The notes beneath the pieces are model-generated. The model did no database searches. It was not told where the DNA came from and saw nothing but the letters and a program-made list of their open reading frames with translations. From Antedon mediterranea (taxonomy: Eukaryota; Animalia; Echinodermata), in contig NC_092675.1 of assembly GCF_964355755.1 (NCBI RefSeq), positions 29,422,912 to 29,486,911 on the forward strand: DNA of 64,000 nt. Reading direction: 5' to 3'. Positions 28,016 through 38,613 of the stretch are shown piece by piece (the first letter of the stretch is position 1; each line of letters begins with the position of its first letter). The translations under genes were made by a program, and so were the position numbers.

Positions 28016-28340
28016 AGTGAGTGAGTGAGTGGCCGAGCGGTTAAGACAGTTGAACCGTAATTACATAGTCATAACATCGGCAAGGGTTCGAGGCTCACTC
28101 ACTCCATGGTTCTGGTGATAGAACGAGTCTTCTCGGATAAGGACTATAAACCGTAGGTCCAGTTTACACAACTAGCTCGTGTGCACTTTAAAGAACCTAG
28201 TACATCTTTCAAGATTAGTAGGGGGTTACCCCGGTGTATTAGTACATCACAGCCACTGATCACCAACTGGGCCCTCTGGGAGACCAGTCTTTGACTGAAG
28301 AGGTCACCCAGTATAAAGATAAACTAACAAAAAACTAATA
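28016..28340 (+). mobile_element. tRNA-derived SINE with Deu/Nin-like central domain
   Basis: A box TGGCCGAGCGG, B box GGTTCGAGGC, core ...AAACCGTAGGTCC...GTGCACTTTAAAGAACC...AGTAGGGGGTTACCCCGGTGT resembling the DeuSINE/Nin domain, A-rich tail; partial copies at ~61296-61440 (+) and ~39160-39260 (-). Confidence 0.75.
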
Positions 28341-28532
28341 ATTTTGTAAAATTCTGAAAGTAATTGCCAACGTTGAGTTGCATTTAGATATCAAGTTGAA
28401 TCAGACACTGAGTCATGTTGTAGCACCTGAACTGGCAAATTTAGGTTTGGACCAAGAGCCAGCTCCTAAGTGTAAAAGGACTTTATAAAAAGCATAAAAG
28501 GAACACAAAATAATTTTTTTATTTGATACTAA

Positions 28533-31500
28533 CGCCCGTATTCTTAAACCGGACTTTAGTCGTAGTTCGAGCTAAAACTTTAAAAATGACGTCATTTTAA
28601 TTCATAAACCGAACTTCAACTAAATCACCGACTAATTCAGGCCAACCTTGACTAAATTGAGATGGATTTTGATTGATTGTTTTAGTCCTGGAGGGGGCAG
28701 ACTAAATGGTTTTTTAACGATGTTTATGAAAAACGTAACAGTCATTGAGTTGTTATATTGGCCAGATATTGAAGAATGAAATATCTATTTTTATATTAGC
28801 TTAATTACATATACATTGGTATAAGTTATAATAATGAAAATCATATTTATTTACAACCGTATACAAATTACATTTTCTTCGCAAGTCCGACTTGAACTAC
28901 GTCACGCCATAGCGACTGGCAGAGGCGGAAATTCACCACGCACGCGATGGAATGTTTAGGGGACCTAGCGCTTTCTTGTCACATTATGAAGTGCGTGGTT
29001 CGTCGCGATCATACTTTGTTGGTGGCCTAGAAAATATAAAAGTTACCGTACCGCCATGGTTCCTAATTATATTTTGAAGGTTTTGTTTGTTGTTAATCAA
29101 AAGTACTTCACTGTTAAATTAATACTGATCTTGTTCTAATAATTAATGATTAACATTATTAATATAGTCCTGATGCGTAAAAAGTTTTGTAAGAAAATGG
29201 AAAGTAATATCAATGCGCAAAATTTCGTCTGCTCCTCAAATACTCTTTTGTCATTGGCCAATTTATAGCCTTTGTTACCCAGACGTGTGCAACTCCCTTT
29301 GCAAAAAAACCGTATACGAACGTATACGATTTACATACGTTTCGTATATGTTTCGTATAGGAAGTCCACTTCGTATACGAAACGTATACGTCAATTCGGA
29401 AGTTCCTGCCCGCATAATAAACACATACGAACCGTATACGATCATTTATAAACAATTTCCTAATTATACGCTCCGTATACGATCCGTATATGATCCGTAT
29501 ACGACGACGCGTGTATACAAACTGCATCGTATTACCAAGCGAAAAGGGACTGTCCCTCTTTTTACAAGACGACGATAGCATACGTTTACGATCGCAGGAG
29601 CATCTTGACTTCAATAATTAATGTACAATTTGGGTTTTTTTTCAGTCGGTATATGTACATTAAATTCCCTATGATGATTTAGTTCATAGTTTTCGCGAAT
29701 GAAAATTTGGTGCTGTATTTTACTAGACGTTGTTTTTCTAGCAAGCATAAAAACCCACCCAGGCTGTTCTGTCTTGTTTATCCCCTCTGCTATTTCTTTA
29801 CCTTTTGTATGTTCCATTAATAAGTGAATCACACAAAATGTGCTGTTATTAATTTGAAAGTGCTTTAAATAATATTAATGTACTTGGAAATAAATAAGTA
29901 AATATTAAATTGGGCCCGCAGTATATTAAATTTAAAACGAGTAAGTAAAATCCATAAATTACGATTTAATAAAAATGTAGAATACATGTGGCTCCCTATT
30001 ATATATATGGAATGATCCAAATAAATTCGCCCAAAACGTGCCTGTGTTATGTGCGCTGCATGCATGCATCACATGGATGGATCAGATTTCATTCATTTTC
30101 AATCATCATTGATTTTTTGGCTACGGGTTTTGACTCACCATAAAAAAAAAAAAATGGGATGTAGGCCTAGTTAAAGTAGGCCCAGGTATATAGTAAATTC
30201 GATGACTTCTAGCTAGCTAGGCTATAGGCATATTGTAATTGTATATATCGAATATGCAGTATATAGCTACTGCAGCAGCGCTAGTAAACTAAGAGTTAAC
30301 TAGGCCTGGGGAAAATACGCGAAGGAAAAGAGTCTGTGGTACACTCATTGTGAAAATAAGCTAGCTAGCTTTCCCCCATATATTAGATTTGGTTATATTG
30401 TATTATTTTAATAACCTACTCTAGCTAGTAGTATATCAACAACGGTGAAATGGAAATACGATGCATTATGGATATCATCGTTGCAGAGTTAGGGGGTGCC
30501 AACAAAACATTCAACAGCCAGAAATACAAAAAAGAAGCTCCGACGTTTTTATTTAGAGCATTTTACTATTTTAGGCATACAGAACTAATTGCTGTAAATT
30601 TCCTAGAGTTGTCACTGATAAATACAATAACCTACATATAACTTAAAAAATCCAAATGATAAATTGTACGCGAACGCAGTAAAACCAACCAGTTAAATGT
30701 TTGTTAAATAATTATTTTACATCTCCCTCGTAAAATGGTACCCTACGCCCCCATTTTTATGCCTCCATCATTGATAAGCCCCCTCTGTACACACGCCTGC
30801 CGGCTATTTGTTTATCATTTTAATGAATGTAAGTACGAGTCTAACTCCAAATAAAGATATAGAACACATTTTAAGAATTCAAAGTGTTGATCTTTTTTAA
30901 GAATCTGATATATACCATGAATCATCTTTTTACATAATATACAGCATAAGCATGTACAATCTAATTTAATTGTCACACAATTGAATTAACAAAGGACAAG
31001 GATTTCAAATAAACTGTTACAAATAAACAATTATTAATGAAATAGTTGGGGTATTGTTGGGTCCATGGGAAATCAACAATGTTTAGTAGACTTATTTAAT
31101 TTGTTATTTAAAGTTGAGGGTAGTTATTTTTTAAACAATTATTGGAATACAGTACCATGAAAATAAAGAAAGATATGTTTTATGATTTATTTATCACCAA
31201 GCAGAAATAATGAAAGCAATTCAATCTCTGTTCGCTACTGGGAATAAATTGAGATTCGATATAATTGTATTTACTATCACCACTAATTAATTGTGTTTTT
31301 TTTTATTCATATATAATTCATAATTCATACAATTTATATATATTCAAAATCCGAATGTATTCATCGTTAAATAATAATTATTATAATGACCTTACTTCTG
31401 TTTTGGGTCATGGTTTTCCTCTTCGGCATTATTTGCCGAATTATTGTTACTCCATCTCCATTGCTACGACACACGTCGCGGAATAATATCGCTTAACATA

Positions 31501-32408
31501 ACGATGTAATTTGACCACCCAAAGCTCGCACGTGGCGTGACGAATTGAGAACGACGAACCCGATGATTCACCCGATGATATGCATGATTGGCCACCAGGG
31601 AGCCGAGTCGACCACGAGTTGGAACTGTAGGCAACCGAGCGACGCTCGGTCGTCGTCGGCGGCTGCACTTACTGACCTCTGTCATTTTTTATAAAGGAAA
31701 ACTGCAAACAACATCGTCGATTTGTGAAAATGGCCCCTTGTTTTTTCTAGGCCTACCTAATAGTATACCTGTTTAGCGTACTTTATTTACTTGCGAAAAA
31801 CGTTGCTTGAATTTTATCGGTAGCCTAGGCTATCTAATAAATATAGAAATAAATATGATCTTATGTTCTAGCTCCTACTACTTATTAATACTACTAGAGG
31901 CCTATCTAATGGCTGGTGCTCGCTAGAGGCCTAGCCTAGCCCTAGCTAGCTAGGCCAGAGCCTACGTACGTATTTGTTGTAATGACAATTTAAATGTTTT
32001 ATTTAGCTCTATTCTACTCATTACTGCTATTATAATTTATAAAATGGCCTAGTTTGTTCGTATATGATTCGTATACGTCCCGTATACGATATTCTTATCA
32101 TGAATAAACAACGTATACGTTACGTATGCTAAACGTATACGACGCCAACTCTTTGTGGAGCAACAGAGTGGAAATAATGTAAACAGTGAAATCGTATACG
32201 ATCCGTATACGTCGTATACGTTTTCAGCGTATACGGATCGTATACGGCTTTTTTGCAAAGGGCTCGACTAAAAGCTTGACTTCATTAAGTCGAACTGCAA
32301 ACTTCGACTACTTCGTTTATGAATCGAATTTGAAGTAATAGCTCGAACTACGACTTTTTCAAGTCGAACTTTGAACTACGACTAAAGTCCGGTTGAAGAA
32401 TGCGGGCG
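28533..32408. mobile_element. Non-autonomous PIF/Harbinger-like DNA transposon (outer element)
   Basis: TIRs CGCCCGTATTCTTAAACCGGACTTTAGTCGTAGTTC / GAACTACGACTAAAGTCCGGTTGAAGAATGCGGGCG, flanked by TAA on both sides (3-bp TSD). Confidence 0.8.
29295..32262. mobile_element. EnSpm/CACTA-like element nested in the Harbinger-like element
   Basis: TIRs CCCTTTGCAAAAAAACCGTATACGA / TCGTATACGGCTTTTTTGCAAAGGG, 2-bp TSD (CT), dense subterminal CGTATACG repeats at both ends; no transposase ORF recognised. Confidence 0.75.
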
Positions 32409-32736
32409 TAAGTAATGAATGGTCAAGCGATAAAAGTTTAAAGTTAAATGTTGTGTTTTATTTTTTATTGTTTTAAAATAATCATTGAATCGGGTTGAAC
32501 AATAGTATTTACACTAATAAGTTGGACACTTTTTCAATTGTCATTAAAAATATCTTGACTTTCGTCTATTTCCTTCTGGAGATTATTGATGTAATTTTAC
32601 TTTTTGAGTTAATGTTGTTTACCTAAAAGCTAATTATGCAATAAATTGCTATTACTGAGTTGTTATTTTCATAAATTGATTAAAAGTTATTAATAACTGT
32701 TTTGTTAATGAAGAATTATCAAAATTAATGATTTAT

Positions 32737-34991
32737 TTATTCAACTTGAGGTAACCATTTTTTGTTAATTAACATTTCTAATTTGAGTATTTCTAACTCT
32801 TTCAAATTAAGTTCTGTCTTCATGATGTTCTGGTCAAGACTCATAAGTAGGTTTCCGTCAATTCCAATTTCCTGAAAATCTTGCACATGTTTGTCCAACT
32901 TCATAAGTTTTAAGCAGTCTTGGACCTGATTACATGTCATGTCAGAGAGATTATCTGGAAGATCCTGCTTTCCTTTGATTCTGTGTTCTCCTTGAGGTGT
33001 ATTTACTTGTATTACTTTAGATTTGGTTGTAGATTTTGTATTTGTTGATGTCATATTTCTTGGTGGAAGCTTTGGACGAATGTCTTGGTGTGTAGTTTGA
33101 ACACTATCAAGACCTAGTGATGTATTGCCTATACCTTCCTTATTTTGAGATGAGCTTGATGTAGTTTGGTCATATTTACTAGGATTTACCGTGCAATAAC
33201 CATCTAGCAATTTAATTTTGTTATTATTTGTAACTTCATAATAATTTTCATTATCGCTGTTATTGGTTCTGGTGTCCTCCTGAGTGTGAATTCTTCTTTC
33301 ATAAGAATTGTCATCGTCACATCTATCTCTATTTGTCAGTTTTAAATCATCAGTGTAATTTTCATCATCTTCATCTTGAAGTCTTTCATACTGGTTCCCC
33401 TGGAGGTATATGCTATTTTCATAATTAGCATCAATGCTTTCATTTTGAACCTCAAGTAGGCATTTATGATGATATCTGAAAGTTTTAAAATAAATATTTA
33501 TTGCCAACACATGAAACAACAGTACAATCTGACAATGAACATAATAAATAAATATTCAATTAGTTCTGTTTTAGTAAAACAATAAATTTTTGTTTCCATT
33601 TGAAACATGATTAATTTACCTGGGTTGCCTTGATAACTGTTAAATGTACTTTCATCGATGACACGTTGAACAACATTTTGGACATGTTTCTCAAATAAGG
33701 TTAAACGATCATCCATACCATCTCCTATGTTCAGTGCAACACTTAAACCTAAGTTACTGCTTTCAGCTGGGATACACTCGATGGCCTTTACAAAGACATC
33801 TATAAACCAAAATAGTTGAACAAATTTTGTAAAACTAGTTCATATACAGTATTATTCAATTTATATTTGAAATAAAACATTGTTATTTTACCTTCTGACA
33901 TACATACAGCCATTAGGTATTTCATCAAGCCCTTTTGTTTTATTGTCAAAACTGTATTGTTCTTTCTCCGCAACAAATCAGGTAATCTTTCACATTGATC
34001 AGAATCAAATTTGAATTTTATTTCAACTGGAAGCTGTAGGTGTTCATGTAGAATCAAGTCTGTTTTTCAAAATAAAATTGATTTTTATTTATTTTTATTA
34101 TTAAGTCCTTGCAATTTTTTCTGTTTGTTTACCACCTCTTACTAATACATAGATTGGTATTTCCAATACAAATTTAATTGTTTCAATCTTTATTTTATTT
34201 ATTTTATTTCCAAACCCAACCAACAGCAAAATAAATTTGCCAATAACAGGAGGGAGGGAGCTCAATAATTTGTGCCATACATATACATACACTATTTATA
34301 ATGCACCTTATCAACACATTTCAAGGAGCATTACAGATAACTAAAACTATAAAATGTTCTGAAAAAAGTGAGATTTTAACTGAATATGATATTATATGCC
34401 TCACAAAAATGCTGTGGAAGTATCTTTCACATATGGGGGCCATCAACATGAAAGGATCCCTGTGGCACTGATTTGTCAAATGAAGGAGGAGTTGGGTATA
34501 TATAAAGAGAGGATCGGAGCAAGTACTTTTAGTGTGTATAAAGTGCTGACAGCCTAATGATAATTCTAACCTTCTTGAGTATCTGCAGTTTCCAAGCCAA
34601 TATCAGAGTTGATTGGGATACTGAACTCATTGCCTTCTTCATCGTAAGCCAAAAATCTCAACTGCTCTTTGATGCTATGTAAATATAACGCCTGTACAAA
34701 AAGAACAATTTATAATTGTTATTAGCTGTAGAGCTATATGCAGTTAGGTACTGGCCTATAGTAAATGCAATTAAAAAGTCAAGCGTCAGTTGATTGTTTT
34801 GATAGTATTCAGTGCAAACTATAATGTCTTACTTGTCCTGAACTGTAATCCTCGTAAAATCTGTCCCCAAGTTTACTGCTTGAGATTTTGACAATTATGG
34901 GAAAAGAGTTCTTCATCTTGGCCAAATCACTTGGTGTATACAACTTGCTTGACCAGGTAATGGTCTTAAATTCTTCAATTAATTTCTCCAT
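32737..34991 (-). CDS. GAREM-like CABIT-SAM adaptor, paralog I (apparent 1-nt frameshift at start of last exon)
   Basis: Exons 34833-34991, 34571-34691, 33892-34059, 33620-33799, 32737-33475. Phase-1 splice reads DIIINA like paralogs but is then out of frame with the NYENS...PKLPPRN...SAM ORF; one extra base near 33459 restores it. Confidence 0.75.
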
Positions 34992-35764
34992 ACCTTTTAA
35001 AGTAATTGTAGTAGTTAGTTCAACAAAAATATACAGTACATTGTGTGCACCATTATATACCTTATCATTGTCGTGGCGATTTGTTTATTAAAACAACCAA
35101 GAATAAAAATGATCGGTTTTAGAGGTATGCATGTGAGTAAAACTCTTTGATTTGTTCACTAGAGCAAACAAGTTTATAATAAAAGATTATTATTATATTA
35201 GTTTAAACACAAAAGCATAATGTAAACAAGTATAAATACTGTATTCTTTATGCTGAGTTTCTGTTGATTGATTAAGGTGCTTGCCTACTGATTCCAGGGT
35301 CATGGTTCAAATCCTGTCAGATGTCAGGACTTTCATGAAAAACAAAAACAACTGAAAGACCTACAATAAGACTCTGTGTCTGTGTATATATTTGTTGCCA
35401 TCTTTTAGGTTATCCTTTGCAATATTCCTAAATTGAAAATAAAACAAGAAATATTTCTTTAAACAGCACTCAACATTTTGACTAATATTTGTAATTATTG
35501 TTCTTTCTTCAGATATACTGATTTATTATATCAATTTTTTTTGTTTAACAATCATATCAGTAGTAAATATTTTGTGTAAATATAGTCTGATCTACTGTAC
35601 AGAACAAAAACATAATCATAAACTAAACTACAGTAGGCCTATATTTCATTTCATTATTTATTTGGTCTATTTGAGTATACATAACAAAAAAAAAATGAAA
35701 TTGGGGAGACCAGGGTCAACCTAAGTGAACTATATGAACTATATGTACATATTCCAGGGTAGAA

Positions 35765-38136
35765 ACAAACTCCCTAGACCCAGCCACATACTATAGGTCT
35801 ACAGGCCTAGGCCTATTACCTAGGGATAACGATGCAACATTAATAGCATACATTAACAAACTCCCTAGACCCAGCCACATACTATAGATCTACAGGCCTA
35901 GGCCTATTACCTAGGGATAACGATGCAACATTAATAGCATACATTAACAAACTCCCTAGACCCAGCCACATACTATAGATCTACAGGCCTAGGCCTATTA
36001 CCTAGGGATAACGATGCAACATTAATAGCATACATTGACAAACTCCCTAGACCCAGCCACATACTATAGATCTACAGGCCTAGGCCTATTACCTAGGGAT
36101 AACGATGCAACATTAATAGCATACATTAACAAACTCCCTAGACCCAGCCACATACTATAGATCTACAGGCCTAGGCCTATTACCTAGGGATAACGATGCA
36201 ACATTAATAGCATACATTGACAAACTCCCTAGACCCGGCCACATACTATAGATCTACAGGCCTAGGCCTATTACCTAGGGATAACGATGCAACATTAATA
36301 GCATACATTAACAAACTCCCTAGACCCAGCCACATACTATAGATCTACAGGCCTAGGCCTATTACCTAGGGATAACGATGCAACATTAATAGCATACATT
36401 GACAAACTCCCTAGACCCGGCCACATACTATAGATCTACAGGCCTAGGCCTATTACCTAGGGATAACGATGCAACATTAATAGCATACATTAACAAACTC
36501 CCTAGACCCAGCCACATACTATAGATCTACAGGCCTAGGCCTATTACCTAGGGATAACGATGCAACATTAATAGCATACATTGACAAACTCCCTAGACCC
36601 GGCCACATACTATAGGTCTACAGGCCTAGGCCTATTACCTAGGGATAACGATGAAACATTAATAGCATACATTGACAAACTCCCTAGACCCAGCCACATA
36701 CTATAGATCTACAGGCCTAGGCCTATTACCTAGGGATAACGATGCAACATTAATAGCATACATTAACAAACTCCCTAGACCCAGCCACATACTATAGATC
36801 TACAGGCCTAGGCCTATTACCTAGGGATAACGATGCAACATTAATAGCATACATTGACAAACTCCCTAGACCCAGCCACATACTATAGATCTACAGGCCT
36901 AGGCCTATTACCTAGGGATAACGATGCAACATTAATAGCATACATTGACAAACTCCCTAGACCCAGCCACATACTATAGATCTACAGGCCTAGGCCTATT
37001 ACCTAGGGATAACGATGCAACATTAATAGCATACATTGACAAACTCCCTAGACCCAGCCACATACTATAGATCTACAGGCCTAGGCCTATTACCTAGGGA
37101 TAACGATGCAACATTAATAGCATACATTGACAAACTCCCTAGACCCAGCCACATACTATAGATCTACAGGCCTAGGCCTATTACCTAGGGATAACGATGC
37201 AACATTAATAGCATACATTAACAAACTCCCTAGACCCAGCCACATACTATAGATCTACAGGCCTAGGCCTATTACCTAGGGATAACGATGAAACATTAAT
37301 AGCATACATTGACAAACTCCCTAGACCCGGCCACATACTATAGGTCTACAGGCCTAGGCCTATTACCTAGGGATAACGATGCAACATTAATAGCATACAT
37401 TAACAAACTCCCTAGACCCAGCCACATACTATAGATCTACAGGCCTAGGCCTATTACCTAGGGATAACGATGAAACATTAATAGCATACATTGACAAACT
37501 CCCTAGACCCGGCCACATACTATAGATCTACAGGCCTAGGCCTATTACCTAGGGATAACGATGCAACATTAATAGCATACATTGACAAACTCCCTAGACC
37601 CAGCCACATACTATAGATCTACAGGCCTAGGCCTATTACATAGGGATAACGATGAAACATTAATAGCATACATTGACAAACTCCCTAGACCCGGCCACAT
37701 ACTATAGGTCTACAGGCCTAGGCCTATTACCTAGGGATAACGATGCAACATTAATAGCATACATTGACAAACTCCCTAGACCCGGCCACATACTATAGAT
37801 CTACAGGCCTAGGCCTATTACCTAGGGATAACGATGAAACATTAATAGCATACATTGACAAACTCCCTAGACCCGGCCACATACTATAGATCTACAGGCC
37901 TAGGCCTATTACCTAGGGATAACGATGAAACATTAATAGCATACATTAACAAACTCCCTAGACCCAGCCACATACTATAGGTCTACAGGCCTAGGCCTAT
38001 TACCTAGGGATAACGATGCAACATTAATAGCATACATTGACAAACTCCCTAGACCCAGCCACATACTATAGGTCTACAGGCCTAGGCCTATTACCTAGGG
38101 ATAACGATGCAACATCAGAAATTAATAGCATACATT
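35765..38136. repeat. 91-bp tandem satellite, ~26 near-identical copies
   Basis: Unit ACAAACTCCCTAGACCCAGCCACATACTATAGATCTACAGGCCTAGGCCTATTACCTAGGGATAACGATGCAACATTAATAGCATACATT(A/G); starts at 35765, 35856 ... 38040 (period 91). Confidence 0.97.
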
Positions 38137-38613
38137 GCCTGTTAATATTTTGTATCAATATTAAAATAAAGAAAGAATTATGAAAATCTGACTTGTAGTT
38201 TTCGGAATATTGGGTCCAAAACATTGCCGAACGTTTTTAGCCACGAACGAAGTAAATAAATTAGCCGCGTGAAAACAAAACATCGATATACATTGATTTG
38301 CCGGTCTGGAACCATGCTGGAAAAGGTGTGAAAGACTATTATATCTAGGTCTGTCAATCCAAAAGTTGAAGTCATCCTGATTCAAATCCATACGTGATCC
38401 TCCATCAAGCTTTTTAACATGTTCTTCATATTTTCATATAGTCTTGTTTACTTTCATGACTACAAACCAACTATAATGTAGGTAAATATTCAATGTCAGA
38501 AGTTAATTCAAAGTGTACTAAACCATTTCTTTTTTTTCAGATTATCCCTAGCATTATTATGAACATTTGTTTGCATTTTATTTTTAACCACATTTTTTGT
38601 TTATATCTTACAG

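Noticed and set aside
28016-28105. tRNA gene
   Set aside because: A and B boxes present but no clean cloverleaf; it continues into a SINE body with other copies in the window.
29210-32258. ORFs within the nested transposons as transposase or genes
   Set aside because: Short, mostly derived from CGTATACG subterminal repeats; no DDE or other motif recognised.
2050-34991. Calling the array SLP-76/BLNK or Themis orthologs, or ITAM-bearing receptors
   Set aside because: SLP-76 has an N-terminal SAM and C-terminal SH2; Themis has two CABITs and no SAM; no transmembrane segment seen and Tyr spacing is mostly not the ITAM YxxL/I-x6-8-YxxL/I.
35260-35340. tRNA-like B box GGTTCAAATCC
   Set aside because: No intact A box or cloverleaf; probably a decayed SINE head, too weak to call.
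35821-35830. I-SceI site (TAGGGATAAC...) in each satellite unit
   Set aside because: Only the first 10 of 18 bases match; AGGGTAAT does not follow.
35765-38136. CRISPR array
   Set aside because: Units repeat in full with no unique spacers; no cas genes; eukaryotic context.
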